Of a DNA stretch of 64,000 nucleotides, positions 20,336 through 31,548 are shown piece by piece (within the stretch, counting starts at the first letter, position 1; each line of letters begins with the position of its first letter). A program made the position numbers and the translations under genes. The notes beneath the pieces were generated by a model, which searched no databases, was not told where the DNA came from, and worked only from the letters and a program-made list of their open reading frames with translations. This stretch comes from Hydrurus foetidus. Lineage: Eukaryota. The DNA is taken from positions 558,001 to 622,000 of the forward strand of contig UYFQ01000032.1 in NCBI GenBank assembly GCA_900617105.1. Direction: 5' to 3'.

Positions 20336-20734
20336 GTGAGTGCGACGGAATCTGGAATCAAAGTGCTGGTCATTGATGACAGCAACACCATTCGGCGGAG
20401 CGCTGAGATTTTTCTCAAACAAGCCGGACATGAAGTGATGCTGGCCGAAGACGGTTTTGATGCATTGGCCAAAGTCAACGACTACGAGCCGCATCTGATT
20501 TTTTGCGACATCCTGATGCCACGTTTGGACGGCTACCAAACCTGTGCCATCATCAAACGCAACCACCGTTTCGCGTCCGTCCCGGTCATCATGCTCTCAT
20601 CCAAAGACGGTGTGTTTGACAAAGCGCGTGGACGCATGGTTGGCTCGCAAGATTATTTGACCAAGCCTTTCAGCAAAGAACAACTGCTGCGCGTCGTTCG
20701 GCAGTACGCGGTAGCTCAACAAGGGGTAGCCTGA
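20336..20734 (+). CDS. pilG: Twitching-motility response regulator PilG
   Basis: VIDDSNTIRRSAE, DILMPRLDGY, LSSKDGVFDKARGR. Confidence 0.93.
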   Translation: MSATESGIKVLVIDDSNTIRRSAEIFLKQAGHEVMLAEDGFDALAKVNDYEPHLIFCDILMPRLDGYQTCAIIKRNHRFASVPVIMLSSKDGVFDKARGRMVGSQDYLTKPFSKEQLLRVVRQYAVAQQGVA

Positions 20735-21114
20735 TGACTATTCACAATGTATTGGTAGTGGATGACTCTAAAACTGAGCAATTGCATTTAACAGAACTGC
20801 TGCAAAAGGGGGGGATGTCAGTGCGCAGTGCCAGCAATGCCGAAGACACCTTGCGGCTGCTGTCGCTCGAAAAGCCTGATTTGATTTTGATGGATGTGGT
20901 GATGCCTGGCCAAAATGGCTTTCAACTGACCCGTACCATCTCTCGCAACCCCGTGTATGCCGATATTCCCATCATCATGTGTACCAGCAAAAACCAGGAA
21001 ACCGACCGGGTTTGGGGTATGCGGCAGGGCGCCAAAGACTACATCACCAAACCCGTTGACAGGGCTGAGCTAATGGCCAAAATCAAAGCGCTGGCTACCC
21101 CAGCTTCATCTTAA
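20734..21114 (+). CDS. pilH: Response regulator PilH
   Basis: MDVVMPGQNGFQLTR, TSKNQETDRVWGMRQGA. Confidence 0.92.
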   Translation: MTIHNVLVVDDSKTEQLHLTELLQKGGMSVRSASNAEDTLRLLSLEKPDLILMDVVMPGQNGFQLTRTISRNPVYADIPIIMCTSKNQETDRVWGMRQGAKDYITKPVDRAELMAKIKALATPASS

Positions 21115-21132
21115 AGCGTCAGAAAGCATCGC

Positions 21133-21684
21133 ATGGCCAATCGCGAAGCACTTCGAGAACTGCACAGCCGTTTGGCTCAACGGCTACAGGCCGCACGCAG
21201 CGGGGATGTGGCTGCCTCTTGGTTGGCGGTTGTCTCAGGTGGGCGCAACTACCTTTTTCCCTTGGCGCAAGCGGGTGAGATTTTTCCGTGGACACCGTGC
21301 TTAAGCGTGCCGTATGCCCAGCCGTGGTTCATGGGGGTAACTAATTTGCGCGGTGGTTTATTTGGGGTGGTGGACATGGATCGCTTTGTCGCGGGATTTG
21401 CACCATCTTCCCCCCGAGCGCCGGTGACTGATTTGGCCCGTGCGGAGTCACGCTTGGTGACATTTTCCCCGGTATTGGAAACCAATTGCGTGTTGTTGAT
21501 TGACCGCTTGGCGGGCCTGCGCCATGTCGAGGCCTTTACAGCCTCACGAGCAGCGCCGGATGATGCCCCTGCATTTTTTGGCACGATTTACACCGAATCT
21601 GTAGAGCTGGGAGGCGCACATTGGCAGGAGATCAACCTGCAAGCCTTGTCCCGGCAGTCCCAATTTTTAAGCATCAGTGCATAG
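21133..21684 (+). CDS. pilI: CheW-like adaptor PilI
   Basis: VPYAQPWFMGVTNLRG; position in the pil-chp cluster. Confidence 0.85.
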   Translation: MANREALRELHSRLAQRLQAARSGDVAASWLAVVSGGRNYLFPLAQAGEIFPWTPCLSVPYAQPWFMGVTNLRGGLFGVVDMDRFVAGFAPSSPRAPVTDLARAESRLVTFSPVLETNCVLLIDRLAGLRHVEAFTASRAAPDDAPAFFGTIYTESVELGGAHWQEINLQALSRQSQFLSISA

Positions 21685-21719
21685 CGCAACATGCGCCGTG
21701 CGTTTACCCAAGGCTTGTC

Positions 21720-23966
21720 ATGACTGTTGTCGATAAAGTAAAACACATCTTCTCCCGTTCCTCGGGCGTAGCGGGCGACCCAGCCCCACACGAAGTCACA
21801 TCCGATACAGAGCCTTTGAGTACGGTTGATACCACGCCCTCTTACGGCCAGATGGACAGTCCGATGTCTATGATGATGAATTTAACCCAACATACCGAAG
21901 AGCGAGTGGCCTTGCCCATGCTCGGTGAGCGCAGTACGGTGCAACAGCGGCGGATTTTGTCGGTGCTTTTGTTCTTGTCGTTGGTGGTCTTGGCGGCACT
22001 GGCCTTCATGGCTTTGCGCAAATCAGAGCGTGTAGCACAACAGGTGGCGGCGACGGGTCAGTCATTGATGCAGTCGCAGCGCTTGGCCAAGTCAGTCTCG
22101 CAAGCCTTGATTGGTGCCGTGTCTGCGTTTCCTGACGTGAAAGAAAGCGCCGATGTGCTCGGTGCCAACGTGCGCGGCTTGAAAGAGGGGGATTCTCAAA
22201 TGGGTCTTGCGGCCCTGGGTACCGGCTATGACGATGAGTTGGCCAAAATTACGCCTTTGGTCGATCTGGCAGGCAAAAATGCCAAAGTGGTGCTTGACCA
22301 ACAAAAGGTGCTGACCCAGGTGACGGCATCGCTGCGCACCATCAACCGCCAATCCTCCGACCTGCTGGAGATTGCGGAAACAGTGTCTTCGCTCAAGTTA
22401 CAACAAAACGCAGCCCCGGCAGAGATATCAGCCTCTGGTCAACTGGTGATGTTGACACAGCGGATTGGCAAATCTGCCAACGAATTTTTAACAATGGAAG
22501 GTGTCAGCCCCGAAGCCGTGTTCTTACTGGGCAAAGATTTGAATTCATTCAAAGAAATTGCCCAAGGCCTAAAAGACGGCAGTCCCGAGCTGCGCCTGAG
22601 CGCCGCCAAAGACCCGCAGGTGCGCGAGCGTCTCGATGCTTTGCTCAAGCTGTACGAGCAAACCCGCACCCAAGCAGGTGCCATTTTGGGTAATTTGCAA
22701 GGTTTAGTGTCCTCGCGTGAAGCACAAGCCGCCATCGTGGCCGACAGTGAGCCGCTGCGCCGCAACCTGGGCGAGCTGCAAAATCAGTTGTCTTCGCAAA
22801 CAGGTTTGGGGGCCGGTGTGGTCGCAGGTTTGACGCTGGCCACCTTGTTCGCGCTGCTTTGTGCGGGTGGTCTTGCTTTTATACAACTGCAAGACAGCCG
22901 CAAACGCCAAAGCATTGCCGAATTGCAGCGCGGCGAAGCGGTGCGGCAAGAGAAGGAAGCCAAGCGCGTGAACGATGCAAACCAAGCTGCTATTTTGCGG
23001 TTGATGAACGAATTGCAAAACTTGGCCGAAGGCGATTTAACCCAAGAAGCCACGGTATCTGAAGACATCACCGGTGCCATTGCCGATTCGGTGAACTACA
23101 CCGTGGAAGAGCTGCGCTCGCTGGTAGGTAACGTCCAAAACACCGCCAATCGCGTGTCGGCCACCACGGCCCAGGTGGACGAAACCTCCACAGAGTTGCT
23201 GGCGGCTTCCACTGAACAACTGCGTGAGATTCAAAACACAGGTCAATCAGTGCTGGACATGGCCACCCGTATTAACCAAGTTTCCGTGCAGGCCCAAACC
23301 TCGGCGCAGGTGGCACGTCAGTCGCTGGTGGCTGCAGAATCGGGTTTACAAGCGGTGCAAAACACGATCGACGGCATGAACATCATCCGAGATCAAATTC
23401 AAGAAACGTCCAAACGTATCAAGCGACTGGGCGAGTCATCACAAGAGATTGGTGAAATCACCGAACTGATTTCTGACATTACCGAGCAAACCAACGTGCT
23501 GGCGCTGAACGCCGCCATACAAGCCGCCTCTGCGGGTGAGGCCGGTCGCGGCTTCTCGGTTGTGGCCGAGGAGGTGCAGCGCTTGGCCGAGCGCTCCGCT
23601 GACGCGACGCGGCAAATTGCCAGTTTGGTGAAAACCATTCAAACCGACACCCAAGATGCGGTGGGTGCTATGGAAAGATCTACCCAAGGTGTCGTGGAAG
23701 GGGCCAAGCTGTCCGATAACGCAGGTTCAGCATTGCAGGAGATTGACAGCGTCTCACGTCGCTTGGCAGAACTGATTGAGCAAATCTCCATGGCTACGTC
23801 CAACGAGGCCATTTCAGCCAACGTAGTGGCTGGCAACATCCAGCATATTTTTGCAGTCACGGAGCAAACCGGTGCGGGCACCCGTTCTACGGCGCAACAG
23901 GTGCGCGAGCTGTCGCAGATGGCGCAAGAGTTACGCCAATCTGTATCTCGCTTTAAGATCATCTGA
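21720..23966 (+). CDS. pilJ: Chemoreceptor PilJ
   Basis: Two TMs, PilJ-type periplasmic repeats (MLTQRI), MCP core QTNVLALNAAIQAASAGEAGRGF; ATG 21720. Confidence 0.92.
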   Translation: MTVVDKVKHIFSRSSGVAGDPAPHEVTSDTEPLSTVDTTPSYGQMDSPMSMMMNLTQHTEERVALPMLGERSTVQQRRILSVLLFLSLVVLAALAFMALRKSERVAQQVAATGQSLMQSQRLAKSVSQALIGAVSAFPDVKESADVLGANVRGLKEGDSQMGLAALGTGYDDELAKITPLVDLAGKNAKVVLDQQKVLTQVTASLRTINRQSSDLLEIAETVSSLKLQQNAAPAEISASGQLVMLTQRIGKSANEFLTMEGVSPEAVFLLGKDLNSFKEIAQGLKDGSPELRLSAAKDPQVRERLDALLKLYEQTRTQAGAILGNLQGLVSSREAQAAIVADSEPLRRNLGELQNQLSSQTGLGAGVVAGLTLATLFALLCAGGLAFIQLQDSRKRQSIAELQRGEAVRQEKEAKRVNDANQAAILRLMNELQNLAEGDLTQEATVSEDITGAIADSVNYTVEELRSLVGNVQNTANRVSATTAQVDETSTELLAASTEQLREIQNTGQSVLDMATRINQVSVQAQTSAQVARQSLVAAESGLQAVQNTIDGMNIIRDQIQETSKRIKRLGESSQEIGEITELISDITEQTNVLALNAAIQAASAGEAGRGFSVVAEEVQRLAERSADATRQIASLVKTIQTDTQDAVGAMERSTQGVVEGAKLSDNAGSALQEIDSVSRRLAELIEQISMATSNEAISANVVAGNIQHIFAVTEQTGAGTRSTAQQVRELSQMAQELRQSVSRFKII

Positions 23967-23974
23967 GGCAGCTT

Positions 23975-26900
23975 ATGGCACAGAGAGACTCCCCTGACAT
24001 TGACCTGGCGCAGGCCGATCTGGGGCCATTGGCTTGGGTGCTGGAAGAGCTGCGCAAAGCGGTCGGCAGCGCCACCCGTGCCATGCGCCGTTTTGCGCAA
24101 GATTCCAGTGGACTGGCTCCATCTGAGGGCAGCTCAGGCCACGGCGCGCTGGACACCAGCGCACTGCGTATCGCACGTCAACAGCTGCACCAAGCGGCAG
24201 GCGCAATGGACATGGTGGGCCAAACCTCGCCTGCCCGTGTTTTACGCGCCATGGAAGCCGCGGTACAACAGTGCGTGCTGCACCCCGAACTGTGCAACGA
24301 AAGCGCAGTCGGCCATATCGAACGTGCCAGTTTTGGTCTGTTGCAGTACTTGGAATCGGTGTTGCACGGTAAGCCTGTATCGCCTGTGGGTTTGTTCCCC
24401 CAATACCGGGATGTGCAAGCGCTGGCAGGTGTTGATCGCGTTCACCCTGCTGATTTATGGCCCGTGGAGTGGCGCTGGACAGACCCAGACATGCCGTCAA
24501 TGGTGATGGTTCAGCCACTGACTTACGATGCTGCCGTGCGCACCCGCTTTGAGCAATCGGTACTCAAAACGATCAAGTCAGCCAACACCGATGCAGCACG
24601 CCTTTTGCGGGATTTCAGCTTGGGTTTCGCTGCAGCGCAGTCGGCCACCCAGCCGCGTATTTTTTGGAAAATCAGCGCTGGATTTTTTGAAGCCTTATCG
24701 CTCGGGCTGTGCCCGCCAGACGTTTACGTCAAACGTGCTGCTTCACGCATCTTGCAGCAGTACACCGCCTTGGTCAAAGGTGAGTTGGGCGTGTCGGATC
24801 GACTGGCGCTTGATTTGGTTTTTTTCTGCTCGCAGGCCAAGGTGCCTGTCGAGGTGCAAGCCCCCACGCTAAAAGCCATTCAGCAAGGCTTCGGTCTTGC
24901 CGGGTGGCCTACCGCGGATTACGACAACAGCCCCTTCGGGCATTTTGACCCGGCGCTCTTGGCACAGGCACGCAAGCGCATCAGTGCAGCCAAAGAAGCA
25001 TGGTCATCTGTGGCAGGTGGTGATTTAGCCCGTGTCCGCAGCTTGCCTGACCAGTTCAGCCTGCTGGCCGATTCCTTGGTCAAACTGCATCCTCCCAGCA
25101 CCGCACTGGCCATGGCATTGACCCATGCGGGTGACTTCACGGCGCACTCAGGAACAGCCCCTTCCAGCGATTTGGCCATGGAAGTCGCCACATCGGTGAT
25201 GTTCTTAGAAGCCGCCTTTGAAGAGCTTGACCCGGCAGATGTGCAACTGGCGCAACGCACAGCACGACTGGCACAGCGTTTGGGTCGTGTCCAAGCGGGC
25301 GGTGCAGCGGAACCCTTGGAGCTTTGGATTGAAGAGCTTTACCGCCGTGTTAGCGACCGCCAAACGATGGGCAGCGTGGTGGGCGAATTACGCTCTGTGC
25401 TGGGCGAATTGGAGCGCACACTAGACCCTTATTTTCGCAACCCTGATGCCAGCCTGCTGGCAGCTGTGCCAGGGCAACTCTCGCAAATGCGCGGCGTGCT
25501 GTCAGTACTGGGCTTGGAGCAGGCAGTGCGGGCGGTCTTGCGAATGCGCGACACCGTAGAGCAGCTGATTGACACCGAAGTGGACCTGGCGCAGGCCAGC
25601 GCGACCGGCACGTTCGACCGCCTGGGCAACAACCTGGGTGCATTGGGCCTGTTGTTTGACATGCTGAATTACCAGCCCGTGCTGGCTAAAAAACTGTTCA
25701 TTTTTGATGAAGCGCTGGGTGAATTACAGCCTGTGATGGGGCGTACAAAGTCCGGGCGACGCACCGATGCCAGCCTTACAGACGATTTGCCTATCGTGCA
25801 GGATGCCACTGCTGAGCAAAAAATCTCTTTACAGCAGTTTTTGCCGACCAACTTTGGCGCTTCAGAGCCCATGCTGCTGGAAGAACCGCGTGACTTTGAA
25901 GTCACAAATTTTGCTTCGCAGCCCGCCTTTTTGTCCAGCACAAATACGAATACGGGCGACATGTCGCTGGACTTCCCCGAGGTCATGGCGACGCCCCCTG
26001 CGCCACTCCCGCCTAGCGCACCCATTGCAGCCCCCTCCCCTTCTGCTTTGGCCCCGGCTCTCCATGAAGATGATGCCGCCGACCTCGGTGAAGACGACTT
26101 GCTGGGCATCTTCCTTGAAGAAGCCCGCGAAGTTGTACAAAGCGGCAGTGCAGCCATCACTGAGTTGGCTGACAATCCTGCGGATTTAGACCAGCAAACT
26201 GTTTTACGCAGGGCCTTCCACACCCTCAAGGGCAGCTCACGCATGGTGGGGCTGGATGCCTTTGGGCATGCCGCGTGGTCTTTTGAGCAACTGTTGAACA
26301 CTTGGCTGGCTGACCGTCGGCCTGTGACCCAAGACCTGCGGGTGCTGTCGTTGCAGGCCTTGCAATGCTTTGCGCAATGGGCACAAGACATTGCCACCGG
26401 TGACACTGAGCGTTGGAACGTGCGCATGTTTCAAGTCGCAGCAGATGCGCTGCGGCTTGACAATCGCTTGCAAGCCATTGAAATCCCAGGTGCTTCGCCA
26501 CAGGAGCAGTCTCCGGTCGTTGAGGCTACCCCTTCTTTCACGACAGCGCTGGACGATCTGCCTTCGTTGGACATGCTCGTGGACATGCCCGGCATCGTGG
26601 ATGCGCATTTCCCTGCAGAGCACCTACCAGAAACCGTGCCAACGTCAACGCCAGCCCCCTTATCTGAAGACGAGCTGGACGCACAAATTTTGGCGGAGTT
26701 CGATGCTGCGGTGGCAGCACAAGACGTTGCAGAGATGGCAGAGGATGCCGTAGATCTTGAGCCTTCTGCTTCGATAGAACCTGGATTTGACGAAGCGCCG
26801 CTCTCGCAACCTGCCAGCCTGGAGCTGGACACGCATGACGAGCAGCTCAAAATCATCGGCACCCTGCGTATTGGCATACAGCTATACAACGTCTACCTCA

Positions 26901-29900
26901 ACGAAGCTGACGAATGGTCACGCCGTTTGCTGACCGAGCTGACCGAGTGGTCGCTGGAGCTGCACCACCGCCCTTTGAGTGAATCCACCGTCGCCCTGGC
27001 CCACTCACTGGCCGGCAGCTCAGCTACCGTAGGCTTCACTGCACTGTCCGGTATGGCCCGCGAGCTTGAGCACGCAATGGAATGGACGCAGCTGCAAAGC
27101 ACTGGCACCCCCGAAGAAGGCCGTGTGTTCACCGCAGCGGCTGAAGAGATCCGCCGCCTGCTGCACCAGTTCGCCGCTGGTTTCTTGAAAGAACCCAACC
27201 CCGAAATAGTAGAGGCGCTACAGCAACTGCACGCGGACAAAATCAGCGGTGCAGCGCCGCTTCACCCCAGCTATGCGGCCATGGACGCGCAGGAAGATGC
27301 TGAGGCCGAAGAGGCCATTGAAGCAAAGGCCATCGAAACGGCAGAAAACCCAGCCATCGAACCTGAACCCGAAGCCAAATCAGCGCTCGCCACCGAGCCC
27401 GTACCAGAGCTTGCACCTGAGCCGCTACCCGCACCCGAACTTGTCACAACGTGGGCCACTCCGCACCCTGTGCTGCGTCCCCAGGCCAAAACCATTCTGC
27501 TCGACCAGCCAGAGCTGGTGCAGGACGACGAAGACCTCGAAGCTGTCGATGCACTGGAGCCCGATCTGTTCCAGATTTTTGAAGAAGAAGCCAGTGATTT
27601 GCTGCCCATGCTGGGCGGTGCGCTGCGCCAGTGGGCGGCCAGACCCGACAACCGCAGTGCGCGGGCTGAGGTGTTGCGCGTGCTGCACACCCTCAAAGGC
27701 AGCGCCCGCTTGGCCGGTGCAATGCGCCTGGGTGAACGTGCCCACCGCATCGAAACAGCGGTAGAGCGGCTCGAAAACAACGACCGTTCCAGCGACTCCG
27801 CCCACATCGAGCCGCTTCTGGCGAGCTTTGATGCGCTGCAAAGCAGTTTCGAGAGCCTGCGCCTGATGGACGCTGAGGCGACCCAGGCATCCACAAACGC
27901 TGCACCCATCGCCTTGCACGAGTCACTGGACGAGTCCACGGTGGTGCCTTTGGTGTCAGCCGCTCCGACTGAGGCATCCGACGAACCGACAGCGGTGGCT
28001 TCTGATGCCACCGCAGCTGATGCCCTGCCTACGGCCCCACCGAGCCTGATGGCCCCGTTGCCGCGTTTGACTGCAGGCCCTGCACGCGCCGCAGCAGGCC
28101 AAGCCGTGCGCATTCGCTCGCAGTTGTTAGACCGCTTGGTCAACCAAACCGGCGAGGTAATGATGACCCGCTCACGTTTGGAAGCCGGTGTGGGCCAACT
28201 GCGCGCCTCCTTGGGCGATTTGACAGGCAACCTGGAGCGCTTGCGTCAGCAGTTGCGCGATGTGGAACTCCAAGCTGAGCTGCAAATGCAATCGCGCTTA
28301 GCCAAAACCAGGGATGCTGACCGCAGCTTTGACCCGCTGGAATTCGACCGCTTCACCCGCGTGCAAGAGCTGACCCGCATGATGGCCGAGTCCGTCAACG
28401 ATGTGGCCACCGTGCAGCGCAATTTGCAGCGCACGCTGGACGGTGCCGAGGCCGATTTGCTGGCCCAAGCCCGCCAGACCCGCGAGCTGCAACGCGACCT
28501 GCTGCGTACCCGCATGATGGAATTCGAGCTGATTTCCGAACGCCTCTACCGCGTGGTGCGCCAAGCAGCCAAAGACAGCGGCAAACAGGTCAAGCTAGAC
28601 ATCACGGGTGGCTCTATCGAGATGGACAGAGGTGTGCTTGACCGGTTAACGCCCGCTTTTGAGCACCTGCTGCGCAATGCGGTAGCCCACGGCATAGAAG
28701 ACCTTGATGTCCGCGCAGCAGCAAGCAAGCCCGCAGTAGGCACCTTAACGATCGCGTTGAACCACTCAGGCAATGACGTGTCGATTGCTTTCACAGACGA
28801 TGGCGCAGGCCTGAACCGCGTTCACATCCGTGACAAAGCGCTGACTTTGGGGCTGGTTACCGAAGAGCAGTCGCTGGAAGACGCTGATTTACTGAATTTG
28901 GTGTTCATGCCAGGCTTTTCTACCGCAGCCAGCATCACCGAACTCTCAGGCCGTGGCATTGGCATGGACGTGGTTCGCTCTGAGGTTTTGGCACTGGGCG
29001 GACGCATCGAATCGTCGTTTGAGTTGGGCCAAGGCACACGCTTTAATTTGATCTTGCCCTTGACCACCGCTGTTACCCAGGTGGTGATGGTGCGTGCGGG
29101 GCGTTTGTCATTTGGTGTACCGGCCAACGTGGTGGAGCAAGTTCGCCGCACACCAGTCGCGGAACTGAGCGAGGCCTACACCCGTGGGCTGTACACATTT
29201 GCTGGTGAAGACGTGCCGTTCTTTTGGTCAGGCGCACTGCTGCAAGCCTCGCCTCGCAGCGAAGAGCCCGTGGGTAAAACTGCCTCGGTGGTGGTGTTCC
29301 GCAGTGCGCAACAGCGTGTCGCGCTGCACGTGGACGAGGTGCTAGGCAACCAAGAGGTGGTGGTTAAAAACCTGGGGCCGCAGCTCTCCCGACTGCCCGG
29401 ACTCTCGGGCATGACGGTGCTGGCCTCAGGTGCGGTGGTGCTGATTTACAACCCCGTCGCTTTGGCGTCGGTGTACGGCGCTCAAGCCAAGCGTTTCCAG
29501 ACCTCGCAATTTTTGGTGGCAGCCGCAGGCGGGGGCTACCAGTCTTCGGATGGTTTGCAGGTGGCTGCCCCTGAGGTGGTGCTGTCACAAGTGCCGCTGG
29601 TGCTGGTGGTAGACGATTCCATCACCGTGCGCCGCGTCACCCAGCGCCTGTTACAGCGCGAAGGCTACCGCGTCGCTTTGGCGGTGGACGGCATCCAAGC
29701 GCTGGAGCGTCTGCGCGAAGAAATCCCCGCTGTGCTGCTGTCCGATATCGAGATGCCGCGCATGGACGGTTTTGAGCTGGCCCGCAGCGTGCGCGTCAGC
29801 GCCGCGTGGAAAAACTTGCCCATCATCACCATCAGCTCACGCACCGCAGAAAAACACCGCGAAATGGCCCGCAGCATCGGCGTCAACCACTACTTGGGCA

Positions 29901-29968
29901 AGCCTTACGGCGAAGAAGAGCTGCTGAGCTTGATTCGCCGCTATGCACAGCCGCTGGTGCCGGTTTAA
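23975..29968 (+). CDS. chpA: ChpA hybrid kinase (multiple Hpt, CheA HATPase, CheW, REC)
   Basis: HTLKGS twice, HSLAGSS, HLLRNAVAHGIE, SGRGIGMDVV, C-terminal DIEMPRMDG. Confidence 0.93.
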   Translation: MAQRDSPDIDLAQADLGPLAWVLEELRKAVGSATRAMRRFAQDSSGLAPSEGSSGHGALDTSALRIARQQLHQAAGAMDMVGQTSPARVLRAMEAAVQQCVLHPELCNESAVGHIERASFGLLQYLESVLHGKPVSPVGLFPQYRDVQALAGVDRVHPADLWPVEWRWTDPDMPSMVMVQPLTYDAAVRTRFEQSVLKTIKSANTDAARLLRDFSLGFAAAQSATQPRIFWKISAGFFEALSLGLCPPDVYVKRAASRILQQYTALVKGELGVSDRLALDLVFFCSQAKVPVEVQAPTLKAIQQGFGLAGWPTADYDNSPFGHFDPALLAQARKRISAAKEAWSSVAGGDLARVRSLPDQFSLLADSLVKLHPPSTALAMALTHAGDFTAHSGTAPSSDLAMEVATSVMFLEAAFEELDPADVQLAQRTARLAQRLGRVQAGGAAEPLELWIEELYRRVSDRQTMGSVVGELRSVLGELERTLDPYFRNPDASLLAAVPGQLSQMRGVLSVLGLEQAVRAVLRMRDTVEQLIDTEVDLAQASATGTFDRLGNNLGALGLLFDMLNYQPVLAKKLFIFDEALGELQPVMGRTKSGRRTDASLTDDLPIVQDATAEQKISLQQFLPTNFGASEPMLLEEPRDFEVTNFASQPAFLSSTNTNTGDMSLDFPEVMATPPAPLPPSAPIAAPSPSALAPALHEDDAADLGEDDLLGIFLEEAREVVQSGSAAITELADNPADLDQQTVLRRAFHTLKGSSRMVGLDAFGHAAWSFEQLLNTWLADRRPVTQDLRVLSLQALQCFAQWAQDIATGDTERWNVRMFQVAADALRLDNRLQAIEIPGASPQEQSPVVEATPSFTTALDDLPSLDMLVDMPGIVDAHFPAEHLPETVPTSTPAPLSEDELDAQILAEFDAAVAAQDVAEMAEDAVDLEPSASIEPGFDEAPLSQPASLELDTHDEQLKIIGTLRIGIQLYNVYLNEADEWSRRLLTELTEWSLELHHRPLSESTVALAHSLAGSSATVGFTALSGMARELEHAMEWTQLQSTGTPEEGRVFTAAAEEIRRLLHQFAAGFLKEPNPEIVEALQQLHADKISGAAPLHPSYAAMDAQEDAEAEEAIEAKAIETAENPAIEPEPEAKSALATEPVPELAPEPLPAPELVTTWATPHPVLRPQAKTILLDQPELVQDDEDLEAVDALEPDLFQIFEEEASDLLPMLGGALRQWAARPDNRSARAEVLRVLHTLKGSARLAGAMRLGERAHRIETAVERLENNDRSSDSAHIEPLLASFDALQSSFESLRLMDAEATQASTNAAPIALHESLDESTVVPLVSAAPTEASDEPTAVASDATAADALPTAPPSLMAPLPRLTAGPARAAAGQAVRIRSQLLDRLVNQTGEVMMTRSRLEAGVGQLRASLGDLTGNLERLRQQLRDVELQAELQMQSRLAKTRDADRSFDPLEFDRFTRVQELTRMMAESVNDVATVQRNLQRTLDGAEADLLAQARQTRELQRDLLRTRMMEFELISERLYRVVRQAAKDSGKQVKLDITGGSIEMDRGVLDRLTPAFEHLLRNAVAHGIEDLDVRAAASKPAVGTLTIALNHSGNDVSIAFTDDGAGLNRVHIRDKALTLGLVTEEQSLEDADLLNLVFMPGFSTAASITELSGRGIGMDVVRSEVLALGGRIESSFELGQGTRFNLILPLTTAVTQVVMVRAGRLSFGVPANVVEQVRRTPVAELSEAYTRGLYTFAGEDVPFFWSGALLQASPRSEEPVGKTASVVVFRSAQQRVALHVDEVLGNQEVVVKNLGPQLSRLPGLSGMTVLASGAVVLIYNPVALASVYGAQAKRFQTSQFLVAAAGGGYQSSDGLQVAAPEVVLSQVPLVLVVDDSITVRRVTQRLLQREGYRVALAVDGIQALERLREEIPAVLLSDIEMPRMDGFELARSVRVSAAWKNLPIITISSRTAEKHREMARSIGVNHYLGKPYGEEELLSLIRRYAQPLVPV

Positions 29969-30000
29969 CAGGTTCTTTTAAGGACTTTTTAGCATACAAA

Positions 30001-30043
30001 ATAAGCGATGACAGCTATTAGATTTATAGCTGCCATCGCTTAT
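30001..30043. repeat. Long hairpin centred on GCTAT-N7-ATAGC between convergent chpA and photolyase; possible terminator
   Basis: 18-bp arms ATAAGCGATGACAGCTAT / ATAGCTGCCATCGCTTAT with one mismatch, 7-nt loop. Confidence 0.7.
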
Positions 30044-31533
30044 CAGGGTGACAGCGACTTCTTGACCACCGCATAGCGCTCCAAAGTCAGCGCCCGCGCC
30101 ACGCTGTGTTCCACCACGGGCCGTGGGTAATCCCGACCCAGCACCACACCCGCCATCTGCAAGTCCATCGGTGTGGCTTCCCACGGCGCATGCAACGCGG
30201 CGTTGGGCAGCCGGGCCAATTGGGGCAGGTAGCGGCGGATGAATTTGCCCTGTGTATCAAACTTTTCACTCTGGCTAATAGGGTTGAAGATACGGAAATA
30301 AGGCTGTGCATCACACCCGCTGGAGCTGGCCCACTGCCAGCCACCGTTGTTGGCTGAAAGGTCAAAGTCATTGAGTTTTTCCGCAAAGTAGCGCTCGCCC
30401 CAGCGCCAATCGACGCCTAAATCTTTCACCAAAAAGCTCGCCACCACCATGCGCAAGCGGTTGTGCATGTAGCCGGTTTGGTTGAGCTGTGCCATCGCGG
30501 CATCGACCAACGGGTAGCCAGTGCGCCCCTCGCACCACGCGCTGAACAGCGCCTCGGCATGGGCACCGCTTTCCCACCGGATAGCGTCGTACTCGGGCTT
30601 AAAGCTGCGTTGCACCACATGCGGATGGTGATGCATGATTTGCACGTAAAAATCGCGCCAAATCAGCTCGCTCAGCCACGTTGCAGCCCCGGCACTGCCG
30701 GTGATTGCCATCTGGTAGGCAGTCGCCGCCAGTTGGCGGATGGACACCGTGCCAAAGCGCAGATGCACGCTCAGGTAGCTCGGGCCTTTGACGGCGGGGA
30801 AATCGCGCGTGGCGTGGTAATCGTCCATGCGCTCAAAAAAATCAGCGAACAAAGCCTGTGCGCCTGCGCTGCCCGTGGGTATTTTCAACGTGGCAAGGTT
30901 GGTCGCCTCAAAGCCGATGTCGGCCAGCGTGGGCACCGGTTTGCGCCAGACTTCAGGCCGTGCGGCCAGCGCTGATGCGTAGGTTTTGACCGGGTAAGGC
31001 TTCAGGTAAAAATCATTCAGCATCTTCAGCCACGCATTTTTGTACGGGGTGAACACGCTGTAGGGCTTGCCCATTTGCGTCAACACCTCGCTGCGCTCAA
31101 AAATCACATGGTCTTTGAAGGTGTGAAAGGCGATGCCTTTGTCGGCCAAAGCCGCACCTACAGCCACATCTCGTGCCAAGGCAAGGGGTTCGTCGTCGCG
31201 GTTGGAGAACACGGCCTGCACGCCCAACGACCGGGCCAGTTCAGGCACCGCATCGCTGGCAACGGCGTGCAGCACGATCAAGCCGGCATCTGACCGCCCC
31301 GACTGCGCTGCCATGGCCCGCAAATCGGCGTCCAGCCCCACCAGCGACTCGCGGATGAACTCAACCCGCCGGTCAGCACGCGGCAAGGCATCCAGAATGT
31401 CCTTATCGAAAACAAAGACACCATGCACGGCATCGCAGGCTTTGAGGGCGTGGTAGAGCGCGGCGTTGTCATGTGTGCGCAGATCGCGCCGGAACCATAT
31501 CAACCCGGTTTGGAAGTGTTTAAGGGCTGTCAC
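30043..31533 (-). CDS. phrB: Deoxyribodipyrimidine photolyase (class I)
   Basis: WFRRDLRTHDN, SYLSVHLRFG, ELIWRDF, TGYPLVDAAM, MHNRLRM, NNGGWQW, RIFNP. Confidence 0.93.
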   Translation of the reverse strand: MTALKHFQTGLIWFRRDLRTHDNAALYHALKACDAVHGVFVFDKDILDALPRADRRVEFIRESLVGLDADLRAMAAQSGRSDAGLIVLHAVASDAVPELARSLGVQAVFSNRDDEPLALARDVAVGAALADKGIAFHTFKDHVIFERSEVLTQMGKPYSVFTPYKNAWLKMLNDFYLKPYPVKTYASALAARPEVWRKPVPTLADIGFEATNLATLKIPTGSAGAQALFADFFERMDDYHATRDFPAVKGPSYLSVHLRFGTVSIRQLAATAYQMAITGSAGAATWLSELIWRDFYVQIMHHHPHVVQRSFKPEYDAIRWESGAHAEALFSAWCEGRTGYPLVDAAMAQLNQTGYMHNRLRMVVASFLVKDLGVDWRWGERYFAEKLNDFDLSANNGGWQWASSSGCDAQPYFRIFNPISQSEKFDTQGKFIRRYLPQLARLPNAALHAPWEATPMDLQMAGVVLGRDYPRPVVEHSVARALTLERYAVVKKSLSP

Positions 31534-31548
31534 CGTAAAATCCTTTTC

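Noticed and set aside
23975..29968. The 1997-aa protein as a novel giant gene
   Set aside because: Canonical ChpA architecture in a standard pilGHIJ cluster.
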